DNA of 64,000 bases from the sequence record MW822011. One strand, given 5' to 3'. Origin of the DNA: Shigella phage TB004. Below the pieces are notes generated by a model. The model did not search any database. It saw only the letters and a list, made by a program, of their open reading frames with translations, and was not told the origin of the DNA. Position numbers and translations under genes: made by a program. Below are positions 1-9,589 of the stretch, in pieces. Positions within the stretch are counted from its first letter, which is position 1; every line of letters begins with the position of its first letter.

Positions 1-17
1 TCGGGAGTCCTTTTTTC
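1..17 (+). terminator. 3' half of a hairpin plus T-run, truncated by the window edge; same sequence as the terminator at 54379-54404
   Basis: tcgggagtcctttttt matches the 3' arm and T-run of ggactccttcgggagtcctttttt at 54379. Confidence 0.35.
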
Positions 18-26
18 ATTTTGCCA

Positions 27-56
27 GTTTACTTTCCAAAATGAGTATGGTATAAT
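27..56 (+). promoter_or_regulatory. T4-type early promoter (-35 GTTTAC, -10 TATAAT, 18-bp spacer)
   Basis: gtttac ... tggtataat upstream of ORF at 83. Confidence 0.5.
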
Positions 57-82
57 AAAACTATCTTATAGAGGAGAGCACT

Positions 83-295
83 ATGTTAAATCGCTGGATT
101 AAACCAAATGAAGACCTTCAGAAGGTTCTTGATAAAGCTATCTCTGATAAATGGGGCATGAAAAGCTGGGATTGTGATATCGTCACGCATTCATTCATGA
201 TGCATGCAGATGGTTCAGTCGAGTTCAATGCTGAAATGCGATACACTGACTGGGGTGGATTTCAAAGAGTCGAATTTCAAAGAGGCTTTTTGTAA
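83..295 (+). CDS. hypothetical early protein (70 aa)
   Basis: ATG with gaggagag SD; ORF track. Confidence 0.55.
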   Translation: MLNRWIKPNEDLQKVLDKAISDKWGMKSWDCDIVTHSFMMHADGSVEFNAEMRYTDWGGFQRVEFQRGFL

Positions 296-633
296 TGTTT
301 ATCTTCAATTGGTTTAAAAGTTTCTTTACGGATTTTTTCTCTACAACTCCCGGAGAAGGTGTAGTTCCTATTTCAAATGACTACCTTCCTTTAACTGTAG
401 TTGAATACGTTTATATGGGAGATGGAACAGTAGAAGCAGTTACTATGACTTATGAAGAAGCCCAAGAATATTATAAAAATCCTTGGCGCTGGTCAACACC
501 TACATCATCTAATGCGCAGAATACACAGTCTAGTTCTGATTCATATGACACTAATGTTCCTGTTCATGTATGGACGGGCGATTCGTGTGGAAGTTCTTGT
601 GATTCTAGTTGTTCATCTACATCTTGTGATTGA
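295..633 (+). CDS. hypothetical protein with Cys/Ser-rich C-terminus (112 aa)
   Basis: ORF track; start overlaps upstream stop (TAATG); C-terminal [18 protein letters not shown]. Confidence 0.5.
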   Translation: MFIFNWFKSFFTDFFSTTPGEGVVPISNDYLPLTVVEYVYMGDGTVEAVTMTYEEAQEYYKNPWRWSTPTSSNAQNTQSSSDSYDTNVPVHVWTGDSCGSSCDSSCSSTSCD

Positions 634-641
634 GGAAAATT

Positions 642-1127
642 ATGGAAGCGATTTTGTTTGAAATGTATATTAGCAGTAATAGTTTGTCGTTTGCTAAAGA
701 CGTTCCAATTACCGTAGCAGTAATGATTGATAAGGGTTATTGTGACCCAATGTATCTCGTAGAAAATTTTGTTTCAATGCCAGTTCCAGAAGATGCTGAA
801 ATAAAACTTAAAAAGATTGGTATTATTGAAACTGTACCAAATATTCCGTTTAGAGCAATTGAAGCATTTACTAAATCAGAATACATTAATGTTAGCGCAG
901 AACAATATAATGATAAACCTTTATCTTTCTATTCGTACGATTCACTATATAGCTGGAAAATAGATAAAGGAAATAAATTTATAATTGCAAGTGAAGATGC
1001 TTTATCATACTTTATTTCTTCTGTATGGAATAGTTTACATCCAAATTTGCTAAAAATTCATGAATTTGATGATGCTCCTACTGTTGTTTTAGGTAAAACA
1101 AATGAAAGTTCTGAAGAAAATGTTTGA
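642..1127 (+). CDS. hypothetical early protein (161 aa)
   Basis: ORF track frame 630..1127; first ATG at 642 after gaggaaaa SD. Confidence 0.5.
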   Translation: MEAILFEMYISSNSLSFAKDVPITVAVMIDKGYCDPMYLVENFVSMPVPEDAEIKLKKIGIIETVPNIPFRAIEAFTKSEYINVSAEQYNDKPLSFYSYDSLYSWKIDKGNKFIIASEDALSYFISSVWNSLHPNLLKIHEFDDAPTVVLGKTNESSEENV

Positions 1128-1305
1128 ATGGTTCAATAGACCAAACTCAATGTACATTGATGATGGTTGGGTTGAACAGGCAAATAAAGAAATGCAGAAC
1201 GAATCAGAAGAATGGATGAAATCAATGATTAGTGCCGAGAAAGAAAAGAAATTAGAACGCTCAGCGCTTAAATTGATGAGAGACATCTATGGGGATAAAT
1301 CGTGA
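1102..1305 (+). CDS. hypothetical protein (67 aa)
   Basis: ORF track; overlaps upstream ORF end. Confidence 0.35.
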   Translation: MKVLKKMFEWFNRPNSMYIDDGWVEQANKEMQNESEEWMKSMISAEKEKKLERSALKLMRDIYGDKS

Positions 1306-1313
1306 ACAGAGAT

Positions 1314-1466
1314 ATGACGCTAGAAGAGGCCAAGGCTAAAGCAAATGAAGCATTGGATTTGCTTCTTAAAATCGGTAGTAAAATGATGGAAGAAAATGAG
1401 AAATATATCCAGGAAAACAAAATTCCTGACGGCCCATTAGTAGGCAAAAGGAAATCACATGATTGA
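1314..1466 (+). CDS. hypothetical small protein (50 aa), not in ORF track
   Basis: ATG at 1314, in-frame stop at 1464-1466, fills the gap between neighbouring ORFs. Confidence 0.3.
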   Translation: MTLEEAKAKANEALDLLLKIGSKMMEENEKYIQENKIPDGPLVGKRKSHD

Positions 1467-1929
1467 AGTAGCAAAACATTATTCAATAGAATTTATGTCC
1501 AAAGAAGGTAAATCAGTAAATACACTTGATAAAAAGTGCTCATTAATTATTCCTTTAGCAGAAAATCCGGATCTTTTAATTAAAGATATAAAAGAAAGAA
1601 AATATCCAGAAAATGTTATTCTAATTATAAAGCATACTGAAGATATTTTGCAGAATACTGATTCACCATTTTCTTCTTCTGAAGCTTTAACTATTAAAGG
1701 CTATAAAAGAGCTCATGAATATGGTCTTTTTGACCTGTTTGAAGACGATAAAGTTAAATTAGCGAGTCATCCTTCTAAAAGTAAAACATTCATTATTGAA
1801 GATATTAAAGATATAAATGCATTTGTTAAGATGGTCTGGGCTCATTTTGACGTTGGACTACGCTGGAGAATGTCCGAAGAAGAAAGAAAGATTATTGAAG
1901 CTAATCGTTATTTTGGTTTTTATCGCTAG
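1459..1929 (+). CDS. hypothetical early protein (156 aa)
   Basis: ORF track. Confidence 0.5.
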   Translation: MIEVAKHYSIEFMSKEGKSVNTLDKKCSLIIPLAENPDLLIKDIKERKYPENVILIIKHTEDILQNTDSPFSSSEALTIKGYKRAHEYGLFDLFEDDKVKLASHPSKSKTFIIEDIKDINAFVKMVWAHFDVGLRWRMSEEERKIIEANRYFGFYR

Positions 1930-1937
1930 GAATTAAT

Positions 1938-2120
1938 ATGGATTTATTTGAGATGTTAGAAGATAATCATTCTACGAATATCCAGAATGATTCTAGTGAT
2001 TATAAGAAAGAGTACCGTATAGTATTACAGAATTATGGAATTGAAGCCCCAGATGCTCTTCTAGAAGAACTAGCTTCATACCATCTTGACCCTCCGCCCT
2101 GGGCTCCCTGGGCAAAATAA
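1938..2120 (+). CDS. hypothetical protein (60 aa)
   Basis: ORF track. Confidence 0.35.
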   Translation: MDLFEMLEDNHSTNIQNDSSDYKKEYRIVLQNYGIEAPDALLEELASYHLDPPPWAPWAK

Positions 2121-2131
2121 TTCAAAAAGTT

Positions 2132-2160
2132 GTTTACTTTCCTTCCTAACAATGATATGA
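2132..2160 (+). promoter_or_regulatory. T4-type early promoter (aaaaagtTGTTTAC ... TATGAT)
   Basis: A-rich UP region, -35 GTTTAC, -10 about 17 bp downstream; precedes modB. Confidence 0.5.
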
Positions 2161-2187
2161 TAGCTTCTGAAGTATACGGAGGCTATC

Positions 2188-2811
2188 ATGATTATTAATC
2201 TTGCAGATGTTGAACAATTATCTATAAAAGCTGAAAGTGTTGATTTTCAATATGATATGTATAAAAAGGTCTGTGAAAAATTTACTGACTTTGAACAGTC
2301 AGTTCTTTGGCAATGTATGGAAGCCAAAAAGAATGAAGCTCTTCATCGGCAGTTGAATAAAATCATTAAAAAGCATTTAACTGAATCACCTTATCAGCTA
2401 TATCGTGGTATATCAAAATCGACAAAAGAACTCATTAAAGATTTACAAGTCGGAGAAGTGTTTTCAACAAACAGAGTAGATTCATTTACTACTAGTTTGC
2501 ATACAGCGTGTTCTTTTTCTTATGCTGAATATTTCACTGACACAATACTTCGCTTAAAAACTGATAAAGCTTTTAATTACTCTGACCATATCAGCGATAT
2601 TATACTTTCTTCTCCTAATACTGAGTTTAAGTATACATATGAAGATACTGATGGATTAGATTCAGAACGTACTGATAACTTAATGATGATTGTGCGTGAA
2701 CAAGAATGGATGATTCCAATTGGAAAGTATAAAATAACTTCTATTTCAAAAGAAAAATTACACGATTCGTTTGGAACATTTAAAGTGTATGATATTGAGG
2801 TAGTTGAATGA
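2188..2811 (+). CDS. modB: ADP-ribosyltransferase ModB (207 aa)
   Basis: R-S-E ART motifs (YRG ... FTTS ... REQEWMIP); length and position match T4 modB. Confidence 0.8.
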   Translation: MIINLADVEQLSIKAESVDFQYDMYKKVCEKFTDFEQSVLWQCMEAKKNEALHRQLNKIIKKHLTESPYQLYRGISKSTKELIKDLQVGEVFSTNRVDSFTTSLHTACSFSYAEYFTDTILRLKTDKAFNYSDHISDIILSSPNTEFKYTYEDTDGLDSERTDNLMMIVREQEWMIPIGKYKITSISKEKLHDSFGTFKVYDIEVVE

Positions 2812-3410
2812 AATATTCAGCAATGCAATTAAAAGATTTTAAAATCAAATCAATGGATGCATCGGTGCGTGCTTCTATTCGTGAAGAATTACTTTCTGAA
2901 GGATTTAATTTATCTGAAATTGAACTTTTAATTCATTGTATTACTAATAAGCCAGACGATCATTCTTGGTTAAATGAAATAATCAAATCTCGTTTGGTTC
3001 CAAACGATAAACCTCTTTGGAGAGGTGTTCCAGTTGAGACTAAGCAGGTGTTAAATCAAGGAATTGATATTATTACATTTGATAAAGTAGTATCAGCTTC
3101 ATATGATAAAAATATAGCTCTGCATTTTGCTTCTGGATTAGAATACAACACACAAGTTATTTTTGAATTCAAAGCTCCTATGGTATTTAATTTCCAGGAG
3201 TATGCTATAAAAGCTCTACGTTGTAAAGAATATAGTCCGACTTTTAAGTTTCCGGATAGTCATCGCTATCGTAATATGGAATTAGTTTCAGATGAACAAG
3301 AAGTAATGATACCAGCTGGAAGTGTATTTAGAATTGCGGATAGATATGAATATAAAAAGTATTCAACATACACTATCTATACTCTTGATTTTGAAGGATT
3401 TAATCTATAA
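2808..3410 (+). CDS. modA: ADP-ribosyltransferase ModA (200 aa)
   Basis: paralog of the upstream ORF (WRG ... SAS ... DEQEVMIP); length matches T4 modA; ATGA overlap. Confidence 0.8.
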   Translation: MKYSAMQLKDFKIKSMDASVRASIREELLSEGFNLSEIELLIHCITNKPDDHSWLNEIIKSRLVPNDKPLWRGVPVETKQVLNQGIDIITFDKVVSASYDKNIALHFASGLEYNTQVIFEFKAPMVFNFQEYAIKALRCKEYSPTFKFPDSHRYRNMELVSDEQEVMIPAGSVFRIADRYEYKKYSTYTIYTLDFEGFNL

Positions 3411-3466
3411 TGGAAGGACTTAGATTCATTATACCATGAAAGTTTTAAAGCATTTTTCATAAAGTT

Positions 3467-3496
3467 GTTTACAAGCTGAAGTAAAAATGTTATAGT
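3467..3496 (+). promoter_or_regulatory. T4-type early promoter (GTTTAC ... TGTTATAGT)
   Basis: aaagttgtttac then 18 bp then tatagt. Confidence 0.45.
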
Positions 3497-3526
3497 ATAA
3501 GTAGTTAACCCGTCCGTGAGAAAAAT

Positions 3527-4273
3527 ATGAAACTGTCTAAAAATCAAATTCGTAAAATTACACGTCGTTTAGAGCACACCCAGGCATCTGCCAAAAGACG
3601 TTCTAAAGATTTTAACTTAGACTTCAATTACATTAAGAACATTTTAGATCAGAAAGTTTGCGCTTACTCGGGAGAACCTTTTGATAATCGTATTGAAGGA
3701 GAGAAATTATCATTAGAACGTTTTGATAATAACGTTGGATACATTAAAGGGAATGTTATTGCAGTAAAGAAAAAGTATAATACATTTCGTTCTGATTATA
3801 CTTTAGAAGAGTTGATTGAAAAGCGTGATTTATTTGCTTTGCGAATTGGTCGTTCATCTGCGAAAAAAGTTCATAAACTAAATTTAGATGAAAAGAAATG
3901 GGCTAAAATCAAAAAGACTTATAATCAAATTAAAGCTATACAGAAAAAACGTGAAAACCGAATTGAGCACATTTCTCAGCTTTCTAAATCAAAACAAACT
4001 TCTGACGTTAAGCTAACGATTATAGCACTCAAAGCTCGTATTGATGGTTCTCGTATAGCAGAAGGCGCTGAAGTTGTTAAATTGAACGTTCTTCTTAAAG
4101 GCTCGGATTGGAAAACTGTGAAAAAGTTGTCAGAAGCAGAAATGCAATATGATATGTGTGATAAAATTATTCAAGGTGTAGAGCGGTATCAAAATTTGTC
4201 TTTTATTGATAAACTTAAACTGAAAAGAGGATACCCACTAAATTGTTCAATTTTTAAACTTATCCGAGGATAA
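3527..4273 (+). CDS. srd: Srd-like early protein (248 aa), assigned by synteny between modA and dda
   Basis: ORF track; position and size correspond to T4 srd; basic, lysine-rich. Confidence 0.4.
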   Translation: MKLSKNQIRKITRRLEHTQASAKRRSKDFNLDFNYIKNILDQKVCAYSGEPFDNRIEGEKLSLERFDNNVGYIKGNVIAVKKKYNTFRSDYTLEELIEKRDLFALRIGRSSAKKVHKLNLDEKKWAKIKKTYNQIKAIQKKRENRIEHISQLSKSKQTSDVKLTIIALKARIDGSRIAEGAEVVKLNVLLKGSDWKTVKKLSEAEMQYDMCDKIIQGVERYQNLSFIDKLKLKRGYPLNCSIFKLIRG

Positions 4274-4274
4274 T

Positions 4275-4586
4275 ATGTTTTATGTATATGCGATAGTGTA
4301 TAGAGATAAAGATGGATTTGCGGTGCCTGTTCCTCTTGATGAACATCGTCCTGCTGTATTTTTTGAAAGGGAGATTGCTGATAAAGTATTTACTGCTCTT
4401 AAAGAGCAGTATCGACTAGCTTTAGGTATGGGAATTCCGAGATTAGTTGAGACTCCACGCAAGTTTTGGTTTAATAAAATAGAAGTTAAACACGTTAAGC
4501 CTGATGTAGACACGCAAAGATTATATCGGCGAATTTTAGATACTGGGCGTATTGTTAGTATACCAATTGCAGGGAATTTACGATGA
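4275..4586 (+). CDS. hypothetical protein at the dda.1 position (103 aa)
   Basis: ORF track; synteny. Confidence 0.55.
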   Translation: MFYVYAIVYRDKDGFAVPVPLDEHRPAVFFEREIADKVFTALKEQYRLALGMGIPRLVETPRKFWFNKIEVKHVKPDVDTQRLYRRILDTGRIVSIPIAGNLR

Positions 4587-5902
4587 CATTTGATGATTTG
4601 ACCGAAGGCCAGAAAAATGCCTTTAACATCGTTATGAGGGCTATTAAAGAAAAGAAACATCATGTAACTATTAATGGACCTGCTGGTACTGGTAAAACTA
4701 CTCTTACTAAGTTCATCATTGAAGCCTTAATATCTACGGGCGAAACTGGCATTATTTTAGCAGCTCCTACTCATGCAGCTAAAAAGATTCTTTCAAAACT
4801 GTCAGGGAAAGAAGCGAGTACTATTCACAGTATTCTTAAAATTAACCCAGTAACATACGAAGAAAACGTTCTTTTTGAACAAAAAGAAGTACCGGATTTA
4901 GCTAAATGCAGAGTATTAATCTGCGACGAAGTGTCAATGTATGATAGAAAGCTATTTAAAATTCTGCTTTCAACTATCCCGCCGTGGTGTACTATAATTG
5001 GAATAGGCGATAATAAGCAAATTAGACCTGTTGACCCAGGAGAAAATACTGCTTATATCAGTCCATTCTTTACGCATAAAGATTTTTATCAGTGTGAACT
5101 CACTGAAGTTAAACGCAGTAATGCTCCTATTATTGATGTAGCTACTGATGTTCGTAGCGGTAAGTGGATTTATAATAAAATTGTTGACGGACATGGAGTA
5201 CGTGGATTTACTGGTGATACTGCTTTACGCGATTTTATGGTAAATTATTTTTCAATCGTAAAATCACTAGATGATTTGTTTGAAAATCGTGTAATGGCAT
5301 TTACGAATAAATCTGTTGATAAGTTAAATAGCATTATTCGTAAAAAGATTTTTGAAACTGATAAAGATTTTATTGTCGGTGAAATTATTGTAATGCAGGA
5401 ACCATTAATTAAAACATATAAAATTGATGGAAAGCCTGTGTCAGAAATTATTTTTAATAACGGACAATTAGTTCGTATCATAGAAGCAGAGTATACATCA
5501 ACATTTGTTAAAGCTCGTGGTGTTTCTGGAGAATATCTAATTCGTCATTGGGATTTAACAGTAGAAACTTACGGCGATGATGAATATTATCGTGAAAAGA
5601 TTAAAATAATTTCATCTGATGAAGAGCTGTATAAGTTTAACTTATTTTTAGGTAAAACGGCAGAAACTTATAAAAATTGGAATAAAGGTGGAAAAGCCCC
5701 GTGGAGTGATTTTTGGGATGCTAAATCACAGTTTAGTAAAGTGAAAGCACTTCCTGCATCAACATTCCATAAAGCTCAGGGCATGTCTGTAGATCGTGCT
5801 TTCATTTATACACCTTGTATTCATTATGCAGATGCTGAATTAGCTCAGCAGCTTCTTTATGTTGGTGTCACTCGTGGTCGTTATGATGTATTTTATGTAT
5901 GA
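4583..5902 (+). CDS. dda: Dda DNA helicase (439 aa)
   Basis: Walker A GPAGTGKT, SF1 helicase motifs; length equals T4 Dda. Confidence 0.95.
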   Translation: MTFDDLTEGQKNAFNIVMRAIKEKKHHVTINGPAGTGKTTLTKFIIEALISTGETGIILAAPTHAAKKILSKLSGKEASTIHSILKINPVTYEENVLFEQKEVPDLAKCRVLICDEVSMYDRKLFKILLSTIPPWCTIIGIGDNKQIRPVDPGENTAYISPFFTHKDFYQCELTEVKRSNAPIIDVATDVRSGKWIYNKIVDGHGVRGFTGDTALRDFMVNYFSIVKSLDDLFENRVMAFTNKSVDKLNSIIRKKIFETDKDFIVGEIIVMQEPLIKTYKIDGKPVSEIIFNNGQLVRIIEAEYTSTFVKARGVSGEYLIRHWDLTVETYGDDEYYREKIKIISSDEELYKFNLFLGKTAETYKNWNKGGKAPWSDFWDAKSQFSKVKALPASTFHKAQGMSVDRAFIYTPCIHYADAELAQQLLYVGVTRGRYDVFYV

Positions 5903-5923
5903 TTAAATTTGAGGAAGCTATTC

Positions 5924-6169
5924 GTGGAAATAACTAAAGATCAGTTTTATCTTCTTCAAGATAAAGTAAGCGAAATTTATGAAATAGCTTATAGCAAAAA
6001 TCGCAAAAATGTGAAAACTGAATCAGGCAAGTTAATGCTTCAATTGGAAGAAATTGAACGAGATTTGATTGCGTTAGAATTCTTTTGTGGTGAAGTAAAA
6101 ACTGTTACAATCAGTGATTATGTTTTAGGTGAAATTAGCTATCTTTATAAGGCGGTTATTAATGATTGA
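5924..6169 (+). CDS. hypothetical protein at the dexA.2 position (GTG start)
   Basis: ORF track frame 5909..6169; GTG at 5924 after gaggaag SD; paralog of the next ORF. Confidence 0.45.
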   Translation: MEITKDQFYLLQDKVSEIYEIAYSKNRKNVKTESGKLMLQLEEIERDLIALEFFCGEVKTVTISDYVLGEISYLYKAVIND

Positions 6170-6404
6170 ATTAAGTTGGTGGCAGTTTAAATCTCTTATG
6201 ACAAATGTTAAAGATGTCATTGAAGAAAATCCAGGTCCTGAAAATATTACTATTCGCGAAAAAGCTTCAAAGATAGTATACAGTCTTGAAGAGATACAAA
6301 AAGACATTGAATCTGTGGCAAAATTTATTGATGAGCCCATTAATAAAGTTTATATTCAAGACTATACTGTAGGTCAAATTCGCGATTTAGCAAGGAAAAT
6401 TTAA
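6162..6404 (+). CDS. hypothetical protein at the dexA.1 position (80 aa)
   Basis: ATG at 6162 overlapping upstream stop; similar to previous ORF (LEEIxxDl ... yvxDYtvGqI). Confidence 0.45.
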   Translation: MIELSWWQFKSLMTNVKDVIEENPGPENITIREKASKIVYSLEEIQKDIESVAKFIDEPINKVYIQDYTVGQIRDLARKI

Positions 6405-7087
6405 TGTTTGATTTTATTATAGATTTTGAAACAATGGGAAGCGGTGAAAAGGCAGCTGTTATTGATTTGGCTGTTATTGCCTTTGACCCTAATCCAGAAG
6501 TCGTTGAAACATTCGATGAATTAGTTTCACGCGGCATTAAAATCAAATTTGATTTAAAAAGCCAAAAAGGACATCGTCTTTTTACTAAAAGCACTATTGA
6601 ATGGTGGAAGAACCAATCTCCTGAAGCTCGAAAAAATATTGCACCATCAGATGAAGATGTGAGCACTATCGATGGTATTGCAAAATTTAATGATTACATC
6701 AATGCACACAATATCGATCCTTGGAAATCTCAAGGTTGGTGCCGTGGAATGTCGTTTGATTTTCCAATTTTAGTCGATCTCATTCGTGATATTCAACGCC
6801 TTAATGGTGTATCTGAGAATGAGCTTGACACATTTAAGTTAGAACCATGTAAATTCTGGAATCAGCGTGATATTCGTACCAGAATTGAAGCACTTCTACT
6901 TGTTCGTGATATGACAACGTGTCCCCTTCCAAAGGGAACTTTAGATGGATTTGTTGCGCATAATTCTATTCATGACTGTGCGAAAGACATCCTGATGATG
7001 AAGTATGCTTTGCGATATGCTATGGGTCTTGAAGATGCTCCATCAGAGGAAGAGTGCGATCCTCTGTCTCTTCCAACAAAACGATAA
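6404..7087 (+). CDS. dexA: exonuclease A, DexA (227 aa)
   Basis: N-terminus MFDFIIDFETMG; length equals T4 DexA; DEDD-type exonuclease. Confidence 0.9.
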   Translation: MFDFIIDFETMGSGEKAAVIDLAVIAFDPNPEVVETFDELVSRGIKIKFDLKSQKGHRLFTKSTIEWWKNQSPEARKNIAPSDEDVSTIDGIAKFNDYINAHNIDPWKSQGWCRGMSFDFPILVDLIRDIQRLNGVSENELDTFKLEPCKFWNQRDIRTRIEALLLVRDMTTCPLPKGTLDGFVAHNSIHDCAKDILMMKYALRYAMGLEDAPSEEECDPLSLPTKR

Positions 7088-7093
7088 AAAGTT

Positions 7094-7123
7094 GTTTACT
7101 TCCTCGGTTAGTTGTGGTATTAT
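7094..7123 (+). promoter_or_regulatory. T4-type early promoter
   Basis: aaaaagttgtttac ... tggtattat. Confidence 0.45.
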
Positions 7124-7150
7124 AACACCATAGCTACTGAGGATAATAAA

Positions 7151-7651
7151 ATGAAAATTTATCGTGTTGAATCATCTTTTAGTATTCTTAATTATGAAGA
7201 TGCTATAACAATACGTCGAAATCTTTGTGTTCAAATAACGCCGTACAGGAGTATAATAGATTCATGGAGCGAAGAGTGGCTATTACACGTAGGTTATGAT
7301 AGACCTAATTTTATGCATCATAGCGATAATAATAAAAGAATTCCTTTACCACACGAAGATAAACTATTAGTTAAAAACGCTAATATAGTAATTAATACTA
7401 AGTTCAAGAAAGATTATGTTGGAGTAGAATATCATATTCCAGGATGGTTTATAGCTCTTTATCATTTTGCTTTCGCTAGTGAGTATGATATGATGAGATG
7501 GTTCACGCGAGAAGAGCGGGAAGAATTATCTTCTAAAGGATTTTATCTCGCTGTATACGAAGTTCCTGAAGATGAAGTTATCATTGGTGGGCACCAAGTA
7601 ATGTTCCGCAAATCGCATGCTGAACTCGTAGATTTTATTGAAATGAGATAA
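7151..7651 (+). CDS. hypothetical early protein (166 aa)
   Basis: ORF track frame 7112..7651; ATG at 7151 after gagga. Confidence 0.5.
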   Translation: MKIYRVESSFSILNYEDAITIRRNLCVQITPYRSIIDSWSEEWLLHVGYDRPNFMHHSDNNKRIPLPHEDKLLVKNANIVINTKFKKDYVGVEYHIPGWFIALYHFAFASEYDMMRWFTREEREELSSKGFYLAVYEVPEDEVIIGGHQVMFRKSHAELVDFIEMR

Positions 7652-7653
7652 TT

Positions 7654-8196
7654 ATGAAATTTAATTATAATCCTGAATACATACCAAATCCGGTAGCTAA
7701 ACTGATTGATTTTGATGTTGTAAGCACTTATGTATGCCCTGTTAAACCACTGGAAATTAAGGAACCTACTATGACTACCGCTATTGAAATCGGCAAAACC
7801 TACAAACTGGTTGAACCTGAAATTAAAACTAATGCCTTGATTTCCGGCTATAAAACTTTGACTGATGTTTTTGGCGAAGGCGAATTTACCGTTGAAGACT
7901 TTGAAAAAAGTAAATGGTTTACTAAATCTTATATTGTCCACGGTCGTCGTTTAGACAATAACAAAATAGAGAAAATCCTGGTTTATGAAGCAGAGTTCAT
8001 CCTGTTCCAAGAAGTTGAAGAACAAGACCCTACCGACCTTCTAACTCGTGCAGTAGCTATTAAGACCCCATTTATTTCGGTCTGTGGTTGGGTAACAGAC
8101 CAGTGGATTGAAGATGGTGTTGAACTTCTGAACGTTGTTCATGCAGGTGATTTTAGCGTAGTACCTCGTAGTGCAGTGGTAGCTATTTTGAATTAA
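7654..8196 (+). CDS. hypothetical protein, paralog of the MotB-like ORF (180 aa)
   Basis: shares C-terminal motif (C/Y)(G/A)x(V/I)TDQW(I/V)EDGV with 8273..8770. Confidence 0.5.
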   Translation: MKFNYNPEYIPNPVAKLIDFDVVSTYVCPVKPLEIKEPTMTTAIEIGKTYKLVEPEIKTNALISGYKTLTDVFGEGEFTVEDFEKSKWFTKSYIVHGRRLDNNKIEKILVYEAEFILFQEVEEQDPTDLLTRAVAIKTPFISVCGWVTDQWIEDGVELLNVVHAGDFSVVPRSAVVAILN

Positions 8197-8198
8197 TA

Positions 8199-8234
8199 GT
8201 TTACAAACTCTTGGGACCAGAGTATAATGGTCCC
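8199..8234 (+). promoter_or_regulatory. early promoter whose -10 TATAAT sits in the loop of a 7-bp inverted repeat (GGGACCA / TGGTCCC)
   Basis: gtttac ... ttGGGACCAgagtataaTGGTCCCg. Confidence 0.45.
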
Positions 8235-8272
8235 GTGGAGTATAAAATCTTTTTAACAAGTGAGAGATAACT

Positions 8273-8770
8273 ATGATTATTAATATTGGTGAAATTGCTC
8301 GTGTATCTGATAAATCCCGTTCTAAAGCAGCAGGAAAATTGGTTGAAATTGTAAGCATTCAGCTTAAACATGGTGTTAAAGATGAAGATTCTGAAGTAAA
8401 AGTGCGTATCATTCCTAAAGATGGAAAGTCTAAACCTCAGTTTGGCTATGTTCGTGCGAAATTTCTTGAGTCTGCGTTTTTGAAAGCTGTTCCTGCTAAA
8501 GGAATTGAAACGATTGATACTTCGCATGTAGGTGTAGACTTTAAGTGGAAACTCGGTCAGGCTATTAAGTTCGTTGCTCCTTATGAATTCGAATTTACTG
8601 AAGATGAGGAAGGGGTTGTTCAAAAACATCGTACTCGTGCTATGTGTGCATACATTACTGATCAATGGGTAGAAGATGGCGTTAAGCTGTACAACGCGGT
8701 ATTTTTAGGAACATACAAAGTCATTCCTGAAAGTTGGATTAAACACTATAGTAAAGCTCGCTGTGCATAA
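8273..8770 (+). CDS. motB: MotB-like protein (165 aa), assigned by synteny and size
   Basis: ORF track; position between the dexA cluster and gene 39 as in T4. Confidence 0.45.
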   Translation: MIINIGEIARVSDKSRSKAAGKLVEIVSIQLKHGVKDEDSEVKVRIIPKDGKSKPQFGYVRAKFLESAFLKAVPAKGIETIDTSHVGVDFKWKLGQAIKFVAPYEFEFTEDEEGVVQKHRTRAMCAYITDQWVEDGVKLYNAVFLGTYKVIPESWIKHYSKARCA

Positions 8771-8802
8771 AGTTTAATTTTTTTTTTCATAAACTATATA
8801 CA

Positions 8803-8841
8803 TCAGTAGTTGATTATGGTACTATATCAATATCAACTACT
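8803..8841 (+). repeat. copy of the dispersed promoter/leader repeat, here flanked by an 11-bp inverted repeat
   Basis: CAGTAGTTGATtatggtactatatcaatATCAACTACTG. Confidence 0.5.
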
Positions 8842-8943
8842 GGTATAGAAAATAACTTGGAGAATAAAATGGAAAATTTGCCAAAGGTGCTGCTACTCTT
8901 CTGAAACGCATCGCTCCAATGTTCAATTAACGAGGAAATTGTA

Positions 8944-9159
8944 ATGAAACGTAAAATTGTTCAGAACTGCACTAATGACGAATTTGAAGATGTGTTATTC
9001 GATCCAGATTTGGTAGTAGTTCAAAAGGAACACACTGCTAAGTTTACTCACTTGACTTCGGTTTATGTGTATGAAAAGGTTGGGGATAAACAACCAATTT
9101 ACGGTGTATTTCGTGAAATCACTGAAGACGGTACAACTTACTGGAAGGAAATTTATTAA
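8944..9159 (+). CDS. hypothetical early protein (71 aa)
   Basis: ORF track; gaggaaa SD. Confidence 0.5.
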   Translation: MKRKIVQNCTNDEFEDVLFDPDLVVVQKEHTAKFTHLTSVYVYEKVGDKQPIYGVFREITEDGTTYWKEIY

Positions 9160-9587
9160 TGGCTATTAAATTTGAAGTTAATAAATGGTATCAATTTAAA
9201 AATAAACAAGCTCAAGAAAATTTTATTAAAGACCATACTGATAACAAAATCTATGCACGCCGTTTAGGTATGCATCCTTTTAAAATTTTAAATGTGGATG
9301 CTCTTGGACGTCCTATTAAAATTATGTCATTTGCTGGAAATTTAGTACTATCTTCTGGTAAAGATATTTTGGATGAAGATTTTATTTGGCTTTCATCGAA
9401 TGAAGCTGAATTCTTTAATGAAGTTGAAAATCCATACCAGGCAGCTGAAGACCAGGCAGCTGAAGAGCAGGAAGAATCTGTAACAATAACTGATCCATCT
9501 GAATTCCCGGTCATGAAAGTTACTATTGAAAATAATGAACAGGCATGGTCTTTGTATCAGATGTTGAAAGCTCACTTTAAGGAATAA
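9159..9587 (+). CDS. hypothetical early protein (142 aa), acidic C-terminal region
   Basis: ORF track. Confidence 0.5.
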   Translation: MAIKFEVNKWYQFKNKQAQENFIKDHTDNKIYARRLGMHPFKILNVDALGRPIKIMSFAGNLVLSSGKDILDEDFIWLSSNEAEFFNEVENPYQAAEDQAAEEQEESVTITDPSEFPVMKVTIENNEQAWSLYQMLKAHFKE

Positions 9588-9589
9588 TT

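Noticed and set aside
3527-4273. HNH homing endonuclease interpretation of the 248-aa ORF
   Set aside because: The segment ERFDNNVGYIKGNVIAV is only faintly HNH-like and lacks the catalytic His and Zn-ligand Cys pattern; synteny favours an Srd-like early protein.
4280-5481. Minus-strand ORFs (4280-4663, 4970-5194, 5245-5481) opposite dda.1 and dda
   Set aside because: Antisense to strongly supported early genes on a uniformly + transcribed segment.
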